A stretch of 64,000 nucleotides of DNA from a virus. The position numbers and the translations under genes were made by a program. The DNA is taken from the IMG/VR virus record IMGVR_UViG_3300036832_000803, positions 5,727-69,726 of that record, one strand, 5' to 3'. Below are positions 1 to 10,634 of the stretch, one piece after another. Below the pieces are notes generated by a model. That model was not told the DNA's origin, ran no database searches, and worked only from the letters and a program-made list of their open reading frames with translations. Position 1 is the first letter of the stretch, and every line of letters begins with the position of its first letter.

Positions 1-894
1 GGCATCATCACCGATCGCCAAGTCAGCTATGACGCCAATCGCCATCAGGTGCAGCTGATCGGCAAGACGTGGTCGCGCTGGGGCTACAAGTCCAGCGTCG
101 ACACGCCGACCGGCAGTTTCGACGGCAAGACGTTGTCGCAGGTCTATACCGAAGTGATGGGCGTCTACCCGGGCGAAGCAAAGATCATCGGGGTCGTCAA
201 TCCGATTCCATTCACGAAATTGCAGAACGAGGTTGGCGAACTGACGTGGGATTTTCTGGAACGGATATCGCGCCCGCGCGGCGCCGTTCTCGGCTCGGAT
301 CAATTCGGCAACTATCTGTTGATCGGTGATCATGAATATCGCGTCTCGGCCGTACTGAAAGAGGGCGAAAACATCAAGGCTTGCGAGTGCGTCATCAGCC
401 ATGATTTCTTTCACCAAATTTTCGAGTCGCGAGGACAGACGGCCGGCGACGATGAGCAGTCGGGCGCGGCAGCCAATGAACTGAAGTGCATCCTCGCCGG
501 CCAACCGACCCTCTATAGCAAGCTCATCACGCAGCTGGATCATCCGGTCAAGACGACGGCCGAGGTTTGCGATCACGCCCACAACGTCGCGAAGTGGCAC
601 GCCGGCACCGAGATCACGGCGAACATCGTGGTCTATGGATGGACCTATGACGGCGTGCATCTGTGGGAATGCGGTCAGAACGTCTACGTCGACTCGCCGA
701 TGGCGATGTTGAACATGACCTTGAAAATCAGAACCGCGACATTCGAGCAGAACAACAGCGTCGGAACGCAAACCACGCTTGAGCTTGTCGCGCCATGGAT
801 GCTGAACGACCGCAGGGTTTTCGGCGAACCGGACGCCCCGGTCGCGCCGGCCCCCAGCCCTGAAGGCACACCACCGCCAAATCTGGAAGAGTAG
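1..894 (+). CDS. Baseplate hub protein, Mu gp44/gpP-like (5' truncated at window edge)
   Basis: Open frame continuing upstream of the ORF-track start; lies ahead of gp45/46/47/48-like genes; C-terminal W..GQNV.V.SP...GTQTTLELV typical of gpP. Confidence 0.7.
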   Translation, partial: GIITDRQVSYDANRHQVQLIGKTWSRWGYKSSVDTPTGSFDGKTLSQVYTEVMGVYPGEAKIIGVVNPIPFTKLQNEVGELTWDFLERISRPRGAVLGSDQFGNYLLIGDHEYRVSAVLKEGENIKACECVISHDFFHQIFESRGQTAGDDEQSGAAANELKCILAGQPTLYSKLITQLDHPVKTTAEVCDHAHNVAKWHAGTEITANIVVYGWTYDGVHLWECGQNVYVDSPMAMLNMTLKIRTATFEQNNSVGTQTTLELVAPWMLNDRRVFGEPDAPVAPAPSPEGTPPPNLEE

Positions 895-898
895 ATCA

Positions 899-1861
899 AT
901 GCATCGATCGACGCCGATGAACTCATCGTTCCGCAGTTACACGGCCGGCGGCGCTCGCTCGGCCGTGCATCAGGCCGACGACAGCAAGCTCATGCAGGAG
1001 ATGGGTGGCAACTTCATGCATGGCGAGACCCGCAAAGGAGTCGAGTCGCCGCAAAATTACGGCTTTACCAGCGTGGTGATGGACGCCGACAAAGACCAGG
1101 ACGGCAACGTCACCGGCAGCGCCGAATGCATAGTTTCGTTCATGGGCGGCAATCGTTCGTTCCCGGTCGCCGGGCCGATGGACGATCGCCGGCATCGCCT
1201 CAAAGACCTCGATAAAGGCGATGTCGCCATGTTCAGAACCAACAAGGATCAACTGCAATTCCATCTCACGCAGACTGGCGCTTTCTTGACGGGGCCAACC
1301 AACAAGAAGCTGCGCATGCAGCTTGTCGATCCCGACCAGCAGGGTAGCGGCGGCGGCAGCCAGCAGAAAGGGCAGAAGGCGCAGTACAAAAATAATTCCA
1401 AGAAATATTTTGAGCAGACCAATGACAACACCAACCTAGTCCACGACCAAACAATCAACTACAAGACCGGCTTGCACAGTTTCCAGCCGCCCGAGGGCGG
1501 TGGCTCCGCCAGAGCCGCCGGTGGCCCGCTGGTTCAGATTTTCGGCGACAAGTTTACTAATGGTCTCGGTTACTTCATGAAACAGGTGACCGCGGCACCG
1601 CCGACATCGTCGATGCATGTAACGACCAAGGGTTATGTCGACAGCATCATCCAGGGGCTTGGCTTCAATATCCCATCAATTCCCTCGCTGCCGATGCCGC
1701 CGTTGCCGCCGGGAGTGACCTTGCCTCCGGGTGTCTTGCCAACGGAAACGGTGCAATCAGCACCACGGGAACCGGATTCGACCACATGGGTCGATACACT
1801 CTTCCGCAGGCTGGATGCTATCGAGGCGAGATTGGCCTCGCTCGAAGCGAGGATGGGATGA
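899..1861 (+). CDS. Baseplate spike protein, Mu gp45-like, with C-terminal extension
   Basis: VESPQNYGFTSV, GGNRS, DDRRHRLKDL..GDVA motifs of gp45. Confidence 0.8.
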   Translation: MHRSTPMNSSFRSYTAGGARSAVHQADDSKLMQEMGGNFMHGETRKGVESPQNYGFTSVVMDADKDQDGNVTGSAECIVSFMGGNRSFPVAGPMDDRRHRLKDLDKGDVAMFRTNKDQLQFHLTQTGAFLTGPTNKKLRMQLVDPDQQGSGGGSQQKGQKAQYKNNSKKYFEQTNDNTNLVHDQTINYKTGLHSFQPPEGGGSARAAGGPLVQIFGDKFTNGLGYFMKQVTAAPPTSSMHVTTKGYVDSIIQGLGFNIPSIPSLPMPPLPPGVTLPPGVLPTETVQSAPREPDSTTWVDTLFRRLDAIEARLASLEARMG

Positions 1862-1862
1862 C

Positions 1863-2393
1863 ATGGGCCAAGCAAGCCCCGTCCCAGATATCCGAACCGC
1901 GCAAGTATTCGGGGCACCTTATTTCGAAGTAACGATCGACTGGACGCTGCTCGGCGACGGTACGCTCGACGATACGCAGGCGCTCGCGACCGCCGTCGTC
2001 GTGGCGCTCGGAACCAACATGCTCGCCAATATCGACGAGCCGTTGCCCGATCCGGATTCGACCGATCGCGGCGGATGGTGGGGCGACCTCGACGCTGACA
2101 CGATTTGGAACGGATGGGACATCGGATCAAAGCTCTGGCTGTTGCGTCGATCGGCCATCGAGTCGGTTGCTTCGCGCAGCGGATCGACCGTGGCGCGCGT
2201 GCTGGCCTACATCTCGCTCGCCATACAGCCGTTCGTCGATCAAAAAGTCTGCTCCCGGTTCGATGCCACTGCCGAACGCGTCGACAAGCAGCGCATCGAT
2301 GCCTTGATCACGGTCTATCGCGGCCCCGTCACGGCGATCCAGTTGCGATATCAAATTCTTTGGAACGAACTCGTCGACGCGTCGCGAGGGTGA
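1863..2393 (+). CDS. Baseplate protein, Mu gp46-like
   Basis: DRGGWWGD and IGSKLWLLRR motifs; ATG at 1863. Confidence 0.85.
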   Translation: MGQASPVPDIRTAQVFGAPYFEVTIDWTLLGDGTLDDTQALATAVVVALGTNMLANIDEPLPDPDSTDRGGWWGDLDADTIWNGWDIGSKLWLLRRSAIESVASRSGSTVARVLAYISLAIQPFVDQKVCSRFDATAERVDKQRIDALITVYRGPVTAIQLRYQILWNELVDASRG

Positions 2394-2400
2394 AACACAA

Positions 2401-3546
2401 ATGCCATGGCAGACGCCGACACTCAGCACCGTTCGCGGCCTCGTGCGCGACAGCATCCACGCCAAGCTGCCCGGGTCGGACGCGGCCGTGCCCAACAGCG
2501 TCTTGCGCGTTCTTTCCGATGCGATGGGCGCGCTCTGTCACCTTACATTGCAATATATTGATTGGTTGGCGCTTCAACTTCTGCCAGATACGGCAGAGAC
2601 GGTTTGGTTGGACCGGCACGGCCATATCTGGTTGACCAACGCCGATGGGTCGACCGGGCGCAAGCTCGCGACCCAGGCCAGCGGCACCGCGAATTTCGTC
2701 ACTACGAGCGGCACCGTGCTGGTACCAAGCGGCACGATACTCTCCTACAGCACCGGCATGGGTTATCAGACCAGCGCCGACATCCAGACCGACGCAAGCG
2801 GCCTTCCGACACCGGCGCCGATCTTTGCCCTCGACCCCGGCATGATCGGCAATCTCGATCCCGGCACGCAACTCGCCTTGCAGACGCCGCTTGCCGGCGT
2901 TGTCGACTCGATCACGGTCGTCACGCTCGTCGGCGGCACCGACAACGAAACCGATGACGAACTTCGCGCTCGCGTGCTCCGGCGTATCCAGCAGCCGCCG
3001 ATGGGCGGCGATGCCACGGACTACGAGGCATGGGCGCTCGCCGTGCCCGGCGTCACCCGCGCGTGGTGCGCGCCGATGGAAATGGGCATCGGCACCGTGT
3101 CGGTGCGTTTCATGATGGACGATGTCCGCGCCGACAATGCCGGGTTTCCGTTGCCGTCGGACATCGACGCGGTCTCGGCTTATCTCGACACCGTGCGTCC
3201 GGTGACCGTGAAGGAATGCTATGTGCTCGCGCCGCTCAAGCAACCGATCGATTTCGATATCGTCAATCTCAATCCTGACACGACGGCGGTGCGTGCGGCG
3301 ATCGAGCAATCGATCCTCGACATGCTCTACATCTACGCATCGCCTGGGCAAACGATCTTCGCGGCCTGGAAATTTGGTGCCGTGCTGAATGCCTCCGGCG
3401 TGATCTCCTTCGACATGACGACAACCGAAGACGATGTCATGCCGGACGCCGGCCACATGGCGACCTTGGGCGATCTTTACTACAGCACCGCGGCCGTGCC
3501 CCCGCCGGTATCGCAGCAAAGCATCGCCCATTCGAGTCATGGCTGA
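2401..3546 (+). CDS. Baseplate J-like protein (Mu gp47)
   Basis: LLPDTAE, GGTDNETDDELRARVL, PPMGG..DYEAWALAVPGVTRAW motifs. Confidence 0.9.
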   Translation: MPWQTPTLSTVRGLVRDSIHAKLPGSDAAVPNSVLRVLSDAMGALCHLTLQYIDWLALQLLPDTAETVWLDRHGHIWLTNADGSTGRKLATQASGTANFVTTSGTVLVPSGTILSYSTGMGYQTSADIQTDASGLPTPAPIFALDPGMIGNLDPGTQLALQTPLAGVVDSITVVTLVGGTDNETDDELRARVLRRIQQPPMGGDATDYEAWALAVPGVTRAWCAPMEMGIGTVSVRFMMDDVRADNAGFPLPSDIDAVSAYLDTVRPVTVKECYVLAPLKQPIDFDIVNLNPDTTAVRAAIEQSILDMLYIYASPGQTIFAAWKFGAVLNASGVISFDMTTTEDDVMPDAGHMATLGDLYYSTAAVPPPVSQQSIAHSSHG

Positions 3547-4267
3547 ACCTGACGTTCATGCTCGACGCAGCGGCGCCGATTATGCTCAAGCCTTTCTTGC
3601 TCTGTTGCCGCACGGAGCGGCTTGGCCGCGGCATGCATGGTCGACCTTGGTCAAGACGTGCATGGGCTTGGCTGATTATTGGGGCTTCGTCGACAGCCGC
3701 GCCGCCGACTTGTTGGAGATCGAGTCCGACCCGCGGCTGACGGTCGAATTGCTGCCCGATTGGGAACGCGCCTGGGGTCTGCCCGATCCTTGCGTGAAAG
3801 CACCGCAAGGCATCGTCGCGCGCCGGCAGGCGTTGTTGTTGAAGATGACGATGCTGGGCGGGCAGTCGCGCCAGTTCTTCATCGATGTCGCGGCGTCGCT
3901 CGGCTACACCATCACGATCACCGAATATCTGCCCTACATCTGCGGCATCTCGCGCGTCGGCGACACGCGATGGGCGAAGGACAATCCCGACGATCCGACG
4001 CATTTCATGTGGCAGCTGGGGCCGCCGGAGATTCGCTACTACTGGACCGTCCACGTCAACGCGTTGGCGCTCACCTACTTTCGCACCGGCATCAGCGAGT
4101 GCGGCGTCGACCGACTGTTGGCGATCGGTGTCCCCGAAGACCTTGAATGCGTGCTCAACCGCTGGAAGCCGGCGCACACCGTCATCGTCTACGACTTCTC
4201 GTCAGTCGCCTCGCTCGATTTCTCCCAGACGTTCAACAGCTGCTATCTCGGTTTGGGGATGATGTAG
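3539..4267 (+). CDS. Baseplate wedge protein, Mu gp48/YmfQ (DUF2313)-like
   Basis: LLPHGAAW, ELLPDWERAWGLPD, LECVLNRWKPAHT motifs. Confidence 0.85.
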   Translation: MAEPDVHARRSGADYAQAFLALLPHGAAWPRHAWSTLVKTCMGLADYWGFVDSRAADLLEIESDPRLTVELLPDWERAWGLPDPCVKAPQGIVARRQALLLKMTMLGGQSRQFFIDVAASLGYTITITEYLPYICGISRVGDTRWAKDNPDDPTHFMWQLGPPEIRYYWTVHVNALALTYFRTGISECGVDRLLAIGVPEDLECVLNRWKPAHTVIVYDFSSVASLDFSQTFNSCYLGLGMM

Positions 4268-4948
4268 ATGGACAACAAGCAAATCAAAGACGGCGTCGGC
4301 GACGTATTCGACCTGCGCATGCGCGATCTTTCGCCGGGCGGCGACGGCTCGCTGCAACGATCGATGATCCTGGCGACGGGCTATCCGCTCGACTACCAAA
4401 CCGGCGGCATGTTCCAGCACTGCGCCAAGAGCGGCATCATGGCCGCCGGACTCGCCGCCAACGCGCCGATCTATTCGTTCTACTGGCCGGCGACATTGAT
4501 CGGCTTGGTGCGGCGCGTGCGGTTGAATGCCTGGACGCTCGGCACACCATTTGCTGCTGGGCTCGCGACCTTCGACCTTTTCGCCGCCCGCAATTTCACC
4601 GCGAATTACGGCGGCGGCAACGCGGCCGATCTCAGCGGCGAACACGCGCAGCTGCGCACCAGCATGGGCTCGTCGCTGGCGAACATCACGGTCGCCGCCA
4701 CCGCGGCGCTGACGCCGGGAACGCGCACGCTCGATCCTGATCCGCTCGACTCGCGCACCGTCAACGCGCCGGTCGCCGGCAACACGACGTTCACCGCTGG
4801 CGCCATGACGCTCTTTGAAAAGCTCCAGGACGAGCATCCGCTGATGCACGTCACCAACGAGGGCTTCGTGATCCGCGCCACCGTGCCGGCGACGGGCGTG
4901 TGGGGATTCGCGGTGACGACCGAATGGAACGAAGTGACGATTTTCTAG
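4268..4948 (+). CDS. Hypothetical virion-associated protein
   Basis: Abuts gp48-like gene and fibre gene; beta-rich sequence; no recognised motif. Confidence 0.55.
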   Translation: MDNKQIKDGVGDVFDLRMRDLSPGGDGSLQRSMILATGYPLDYQTGGMFQHCAKSGIMAAGLAANAPIYSFYWPATLIGLVRRVRLNAWTLGTPFAAGLATFDLFAARNFTANYGGGNAADLSGEHAQLRTSMGSSLANITVAATAALTPGTRTLDPDPLDSRTVNAPVAGNTTFTAGAMTLFEKLQDEHPLMHVTNEGFVIRATVPATGVWGFAVTTEWNEVTIF

Positions 4949-4961
4949 GAGAGGTTCGGCG

Positions 4962-6326
4962 ATGAAATACAATCAACCGTTCGATCAACCGTCGAATCCG
5001 AACGCGCCTTATATCGACGGCAATCCTGCCGCCGGCATCCAAGGCTCGATCGTGCCGGCAGCGGCGGTCGAATATCCGCAGCGCGAGATCGTGAACACGA
5101 TCCAGGCGGCTGGTCTGACCGGCACCAATGCCGATCTCAACCAGCTGCTCGAAGCGCTCAAGATCGTGGACGTGTTCAATCACTTTAAACTTGGCACGAA
5201 CAGCGGCAACGCCTCGCAATGGAGTTGCACGATCCCAACGCTGCCGATCATGCCGCCGCCGCGCGGCTGCACGATCTGGTTCGAACCGATGCTTGCCTCG
5301 GTCAATGGCGGCACCGTTTTTTCCGTCAACGGCAGCGCGTTCGCTCCGGTCAAGATGACCGACGGTTCGGACATCGCCATCGGCGACGTGGCCGGACCGG
5401 GTTGGTTGTTGTTGTTCTTCGACGGCACCAATTGGGTCATTCTCGCCGGCTCCACGCGCGTCCCCAGCAGCAGCACCGGCGGCGGCGGGACACCACCCCC
5501 CGGCGGCGGCACGATTCCCGCGCTGCAAAAAAATGCAGATTGGTACGTCAACGGCACGACCGGAGACGACACTTACGATGGCACTTCGGCCACCTTTATC
5601 AGTGCCAAAGTCGGGCCGTTCAAGACGCTCCAGCGCGCCGCGAACGAAGTCCCCAAGTACAACATGAACGGCTACAATCAAAACATCCACGTCGCCGACG
5701 GCAATTATGGACCCGTCATATTTGGCAGCCTGAACGGCGCCGGCGAGTGCTATGTGATCGGCAACGCCAACGCGCCGCAGAACTGCACGATCACGGGGAA
5801 TACGAGCGTGGTGCCATATTGCGCCATTGCCCAATACGCCGAAGGCAGCAGCTATGATTATACAGGCTTTCGGCTGTCGACACCTGCTTCCGGGGGCTAC
5901 GACGGCTTCGCAGGCAACGGCGGATATGCGACGCTGCACACCATGCGGTTCGGCCCTTGCGGCCGCTATCATATTTCCTGCAATCAAGACGGCGCTACCG
6001 TCGACCTCGAAACCGGTACGATCTTTATCGAGCCGGGTGCCAATGCCGTAGCGCATATATCCGCCGAGCAACTTGGCTTCGTCACGCACTCGCCGAATTT
6101 GCCGACGCTCAACATTCTTGGAACGGTGACATTCACCAACGGCTTCATCCAAGCAGATCATTTGGGCTACGCGCAGATGCAGTACACGAGCATCACCAAT
6201 CCACAATACGTCACCGGACCAAAGTTCGCAGTATGGATGAACGGCGTCGTCTCGTCCCTTCATGGCGTGAATTACTATCCGGGGAGCGCTGCCGGCACGC
6301 AAAACACCGGCGGCCAAGTCGATTGA
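4962..6326 (+). CDS. Tail fibre / tailspike protein
   Basis: N-terminal QREIVNTIQAAGL..NADLNQLLEAL anchor; WYVNGTTGDD..GPFKTLQRA motif that precedes beta-helix domains. Confidence 0.75.
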   Translation: MKYNQPFDQPSNPNAPYIDGNPAAGIQGSIVPAAAVEYPQREIVNTIQAAGLTGTNADLNQLLEALKIVDVFNHFKLGTNSGNASQWSCTIPTLPIMPPPRGCTIWFEPMLASVNGGTVFSVNGSAFAPVKMTDGSDIAIGDVAGPGWLLLFFDGTNWVILAGSTRVPSSSTGGGGTPPPGGGTIPALQKNADWYVNGTTGDDTYDGTSATFISAKVGPFKTLQRAANEVPKYNMNGYNQNIHVADGNYGPVIFGSLNGAGECYVIGNANAPQNCTITGNTSVVPYCAIAQYAEGSSYDYTGFRLSTPASGGYDGFAGNGGYATLHTMRFGPCGRYHISCNQDGATVDLETGTIFIEPGANAVAHISAEQLGFVTHSPNLPTLNILGTVTFTNGFIQADHLGYAQMQYTSITNPQYVTGPKFAVWMNGVVSSLHGVNYYPGSAAGTQNTGGQVD

Positions 6327-6338
6327 GGATCAACAACA

Positions 6339-6716
6339 ATGGCTGGCCCAGCTTATTACACCGGCACGATGAACATCGCGATGAACGATGATTGGATCGT
6401 GCCGTTCCTCTATGCCTCACTCAACTCGGACGGCGTCACCACGACGCCGATCGATCTCACCGGATCGACGCTCAAGATGGAAATCAGAACCAGCGAAAGC
6501 GATCACAATGTCGCGGTTTCTGTCTTCTCCCCCGACAATGGAATTCTAATCACCGATGCGCCCGGTGGCGCATTCACCGTCACCTTGGATCGCAATCGCT
6601 TGAGCCAACTACAACCGGGAAGCTACGTCAGCGACATCGTGCGGCTGATGCCGAACGGCTGGCAGGAAAGACTCTGGGAAGGCACCGCCACGGTCGTCGA
6701 GGGCACGACACGATGA
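6339..6716 (+). CDS. Tail fibre adaptor / baseplate upper-like protein
   Basis: PIDLTG...KMEIR...Y.SDIV...[15 protein letters not shown] pattern of small phage adaptor domains. Confidence 0.6.
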   Translation: MAGPAYYTGTMNIAMNDDWIVPFLYASLNSDGVTTTPIDLTGSTLKMEIRTSESDHNVAVSVFSPDNGILITDAPGGAFTVTLDRNRLSQLQPGSYVSDIVRLMPNGWQERLWEGTATVVEGTTR

Positions 6717-7645
6717 GCGTGCAACTTCTCACGGTCGCGCCGCCGGGGCCGGCTGGCCCGGTGGGACCGATGGGACCGCAGGGCATTCAAGGCCCGCCCG
6801 GCCCGCAGGGTCCAGGCGGCTCGGGCCAGCAAGGCGAACCCGGCCCTCCCGGTCCGCAAGGTCCAGGCGGCACCGGGCCGGCGGGACCGCCGGGACCGCC
6901 TGGACCGACTGGCCCGCAAGGCCCGCCCGGCGGGGTGCCCGAAGCGCCAAACGATGGTTCGATCTATGCGCGCAAGAGCGCGGCATGGACCGCGCTGATC
7001 CCACCCAAGGTTACGGTCATCACGACCAGCGGCCCGTTCGTCGCGTCCACCAACCCGAGCCCCTTATATTCTGTTGTTGAATGCTGGGGCGGCGGCGGCG
7101 CTGGCGGCGGCACAGCAGCGGCGGCAACTAGCGTCAATCAAGGCGGCGCGGGCGGCGGTGCTGGCGGTTATTCGAGGAAACTTGTTTCCGCCGAAGCAAT
7201 GGGCGCATCGCAGGCCATCACTATCGGCGCCGGTGGAGTGGGCGTGGTCGCCGGCGTAGGTGGAGCGGGTGGCGATACGTCTGTCGGTACTCTTTGCGTC
7301 GCTAAAGGCGGCGGCGGTGGCCAGGGATGCAACGGCTTTTGGACTCAAGGCGGGGTCGGAGGTGCTGCGGCAGGTGCTGTTGGTGACATCATTGGAACGG
7401 GTATGCATGGCTTTCCCGGTCAGGTGAGCGGCACCCTAACAGGCAACAACAACTGTGGATCAGGCGCCGGTGGTTCAAGCTCCATAGGCGGTGGCGGCCT
7501 CGCTTTTACAGGCAACATGGGGGCCAATCCTGGGGCTGGACACGCATCAGGCGGCGGCGGTGCTACTTCCTACAACGGATATGCTGCTTCAGCAGGCGGT
7601 GCCGGGACGGCTGGTCTTGCCGTGATTACGGAGCACTTCCACTAA
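6713..7645 (+). CDS. Collagen-like / glycine-rich fibre protein 1
   Basis: Gly-X-Y repeats, [13 protein letters not shown] foldon-like motif, [10 protein letters not shown] glycine-rich domain ending G.AVITE. Confidence 0.8.
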   Translation: MSVQLLTVAPPGPAGPVGPMGPQGIQGPPGPQGPGGSGQQGEPGPPGPQGPGGTGPAGPPGPPGPTGPQGPPGGVPEAPNDGSIYARKSAAWTALIPPKVTVITTSGPFVASTNPSPLYSVVECWGGGGAGGGTAAAATSVNQGGAGGGAGGYSRKLVSAEAMGASQAITIGAGGVGVVAGVGGAGGDTSVGTLCVAKGGGGGQGCNGFWTQGGVGGAAAGAVGDIIGTGMHGFPGQVSGTLTGNNNCGSGAGGSSSIGGGGLAFTGNMGANPGAGHASGGGGATSYNGYAASAGGAGTAGLAVITEHFH

Positions 7646-8871
7646 TGGCCGGCGAACGATTCAATCTCGCCGACGGCACGCCGCGCATCTTGCTCGTTCA
7701 GAGCGCAACGGCGGAAGATAAAACACTTGCGGTCGCCCCGATCGGGCCGGCGGGACCGGTAGGACCGGAGGGGCCGGAAGGCCCGCAGGGAGCGCAGGGA
7801 GCGCAAGGCAACACAGGGCCGCCGGGGCCAGTAGGATCGCAAGGTCCGATCGGGCAGACCGGACCGCAAGGACCAATCGGCGATACGGGTGCGACCGGCG
7901 CGCAAGGGCCGACCGGCAATACGGGCGCGACCGGTCCGCAGGGACCGATCGGAAATACGGGGCCGGCCGGGCCGACCGGTGCGACGGGCGCGCAAGGTCC
8001 ACAAGGGCCGCCCGGCCCGGTGCCCGAAGCGCCGACCGACGGCAACCGCTATGCGCGTCAAAACTCTGCCTGGATCGGGCTCAATGGCGTGGTCGCGCCG
8101 CTCGCCTCGCCGATCTTCACCGGCGATCCGCAAGCGCCGACGCCTCCAGCCGCCGACAACGACACCTCGATCGCAACGACCGCCTTCGTCAAGACGGCGG
8201 TCGCCTCGGTCGCGACTCCGACTCCGACCGCACCAAAAGTAACGGTTTTCACGAGCAGTGGAACTTACACTCCTTCCACTGGACCGAGTCCAGTGTACGC
8301 CGTCTTAGAGTGCTGGGGTGGTGGTGCCGGTGGAGGGGGTTGTCCTGCGTCGGGGGCAAATAACGGCGGTGCCGCTGGGGGTGGCGGCGCAGGCGGTTAC
8401 TCTAAAAGAACCGTGACATTGGCACAGATAGGTGGTGGTCAAACCGTGACCGTCGGAGCCGCTGGCGCAGCTGGCCCAGCTGGAGCGAATGCCGGTGGGA
8501 ATGGTGGGAATACTTCTGTGGGTTCGTTGTGTGTCGCGAATGGAGGTAGTGGGGGCGGTGCTGGAGTTATGGGACTTGGATTTGGTGTCGGTGGGCTTGG
8601 TGGACTTGCTGGAACTGGTGACATTGCTGGAACTGGTGCGCCAGGAGGTTGGGGCGCTGGATCAGCGAACACTGCTGTGATCCAGGTCATAGGTGGCAAT
8701 GGCGCGTCTACATCAATCGGTGCTGGTGGTCGCGCATCCGGTTATCCAGGACAAAACGCGAGTGGGTACGGAGGAGGTGGCTCTGGTGCGGCGTCTCAGT
8801 ATTCCGGTGCCGCATACCCCGGCGGCATTGGGTCTGCCGGTATTGCTGTCATCACGGAGTACTTCTCCTAA
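7645..8871 (+). CDS. Collagen-like / glycine-rich fibre protein 2
   Basis: Gly-X-Y repeats, [40 protein letters not shown] fibre repeat, glycine-rich domain. Confidence 0.8.
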   Translation: MAGERFNLADGTPRILLVQSATAEDKTLAVAPIGPAGPVGPEGPEGPQGAQGAQGNTGPPGPVGSQGPIGQTGPQGPIGDTGATGAQGPTGNTGATGPQGPIGNTGPAGPTGATGAQGPQGPPGPVPEAPTDGNRYARQNSAWIGLNGVVAPLASPIFTGDPQAPTPPAADNDTSIATTAFVKTAVASVATPTPTAPKVTVFTSSGTYTPSTGPSPVYAVLECWGGGAGGGGCPASGANNGGAAGGGGAGGYSKRTVTLAQIGGGQTVTVGAAGAAGPAGANAGGNGGNTSVGSLCVANGGSGGGAGVMGLGFGVGGLGGLAGTGDIAGTGAPGGWGAGSANTAVIQVIGGNGASTSIGAGGRASGYPGQNASGYGGGGSGAASQYSGAAYPGGIGSAGIAVITEYFS

Positions 8872-10077
8872 ATGAACGACGGCGATCAATTAAATCTCGC
8901 CAGCGGCATCCCGCGCATCACGCTGATCAAGAGCGTCGCGGACGTTCAAACACTGACGGTTGCTCCGATCGGGCCGGCGGGACCGGTGGGCGCGCAAGGG
9001 CCGCAAGGCGTCCCGGGGCCGCCGGGACCAATGGGGAACCCCGGCATCGGAATGCCGGGCGTGGCGGGACCGCCGGGACCGCCAGGAGCGACGGGCGCGC
9101 AGGGACAGACCGGTGCGACCGGTGCGACAGGTCCGCAAGGCACGACGGGCTCGACCGGGCCGGCAGGGCCGCAAGGACCGCAGGGTCCGCAAGGGCCGAT
9201 CGGCAATACGGGCGCCACCGGCGCGCAAGGGCCGCAAGGCAATACCGGGCCGCAAGGGCCGATCGGCAATACGGGGCCAGCGGGACCGCAAGGGCCGCAG
9301 GGGCCGCAGGGACCGGCCGGCGCCTACACTCCGAGCGCCGGGCGGCTGGTCTGCTCCAGCGCCACCCTGATCCAATTTCTGCCGTTCAATGGCGAGTACA
9401 TCAAGATCAATGGCGCGATCTACAACATTCCGCCGAGCGGGATAAATGCCGCGAACACGGGCGTCTACATCAACGGCGTCGTCGGGAACCTAGCGGCGTC
9501 CACCACCTATTACGTCTATGTGTTCAATAACGCCGGGGTACTCACGATTGATTTCTCGACGACGGCGAGAACGTCGAGCGGTACTGCCGGGAACGTCGGT
9601 GTTCAGATCAAGAACGGTGACGACACACGCTCTCTCATCGGAATGATCCGCACGAATGCCTCCGCGCAATTCGTGGATAGTTCTCAGCTTAGGTATACGT
9701 TGTCGTGGTACAATCAGCAGGACAAGGCCCTACAAATTGGTCTGTCAAACAATTCGACTACGGCTACTGGTCCTGTTCAAATTGGTACGGCCCAGGGCGA
9801 GGCGTTGAATTGGGCCAATCAGCCAGTCAACACGCTGCTGTTCGGGCAGGTTCAGATGACGGGGTCATATGCTGCTTTCGGTGTCTGGTTGGACGGCGTT
9901 CAGTCTGGGGCGATTCAATTCGCTTACAATGGAACTTTCGCGGTTCCAGCGGCCGGTGGTGGATGGTTGTTTCCTGCGGAAGGGAATCACGTTTATGCCG
10001 GGTACTACGGAGCATCAAGCGGGAGCGGTACGGTCACTTTCAACAATGCCACGCTTATGGCGCTGACCAAGGGATGA
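8872..10077 (+). CDS. Collagen-like fibre protein 3 with different C-terminal head
   Basis: Same N-terminus as fibre 2 (NLA.G.PRI.L..S), Gly-X-Y repeats, STTYYVYVF fibre motif. Confidence 0.8.
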   Translation: MNDGDQLNLASGIPRITLIKSVADVQTLTVAPIGPAGPVGAQGPQGVPGPPGPMGNPGIGMPGVAGPPGPPGATGAQGQTGATGATGPQGTTGSTGPAGPQGPQGPQGPIGNTGATGAQGPQGNTGPQGPIGNTGPAGPQGPQGPQGPAGAYTPSAGRLVCSSATLIQFLPFNGEYIKINGAIYNIPPSGINAANTGVYINGVVGNLAASTTYYVYVFNNAGVLTIDFSTTARTSSGTAGNVGVQIKNGDDTRSLIGMIRTNASAQFVDSSQLRYTLSWYNQQDKALQIGLSNNSTTATGPVQIGTAQGEALNWANQPVNTLLFGQVQMTGSYAAFGVWLDGVQSGAIQFAYNGTFAVPAAGGGWLFPAEGNHVYAGYYGASSGSGTVTFNNATLMALTKG

Positions 10078-10219
10078 TGGCGATGTCCTGCCGATCTCTG
10101 CTCCCTTTGGCGGCGCTCGAAGCCCGCAAACCCTAAATTTGATTTCGGCGCCTCGGCGCCGTCCGGCGTTCGCCAAAGCTGTTTCCCTTTGGCGGACAAC
10201 GCTGACGACCCCTAACCTC

Positions 10220-10247
10220 GCCCCGGCTTCGGCCGGGGCTTTTTTTT
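10220..10247 (+). terminator. Rho-independent terminator ending the tail operon
   Basis: GCCCCGGC-TTCG-GCCGGGGC followed by T8. Confidence 0.9.
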
Positions 10248-10307
10248 GTGTCCCAAATCGCTAGGTTAGACGGATTAAACCTCCAAGTGAGCAAAAGGAA
10301 CCGCCCG

Positions 10308-10571
10308 ATGGTCACACGTGACGAGCAAGAACCGGAGCACGCCTATCCGAGCGGCGATAATGATCCGCGCGTGCGTGGCGCCCCGCCGGCCCTGGTCGCA
10401 GCGTTCTCGGTGATGAACCACATCAAGCCCGGCGCGATCAGCGACGCGGTGCGCTTTTATATGGCGGCCGTGATTGTTGGGCTGATCGAGCGGGCCTATG
10501 AGCAAGGCCGCGCCGGCAAGCCGCTGCAATTGAATATTCGAGACTTGAGACCAGAGATAGGCAGCGAGTGA
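10308..10571 (+). CDS. Moron-like hypothetical protein; paralogue of the C-terminus of 54634..55266
   Basis: AAAAGGA SD, ATG at 10308; shared EPEH.YPS..DPR..KPGAIS..AYEQGR.G.PLQ.N. Confidence 0.75.
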   Translation: MVTRDEQEPEHAYPSGDNDPRVRGAPPALVAAFSVMNHIKPGAISDAVRFYMAAVIVGLIERAYEQGRAGKPLQLNIRDLRPEIGSE

Positions 10572-10575
10572 GCCG

Positions 10576-10605
10576 CGCCCCGGCTTCGGCCGGGGCGTTT
10601 TTTTT
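10576..10605 (+). terminator. Rho-independent terminator, near-identical to 10220-10247
   Basis: CGCCCCGGC-TTCG-GCCGGGGCG followed by T8. Confidence 0.9.
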
Positions 10606-10634
10606 GTGCCCGCGGCCGAAGTCGGGTGCCCAGG

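Noticed and set aside
6713-10077. Diversity-generating retroelement or invertible tail-fibre system
   Set aside because: No reverse transcriptase, no adenine-specific TR/VR pair and no invertase seen; similarities are explained by paralogy and collagen repeats.
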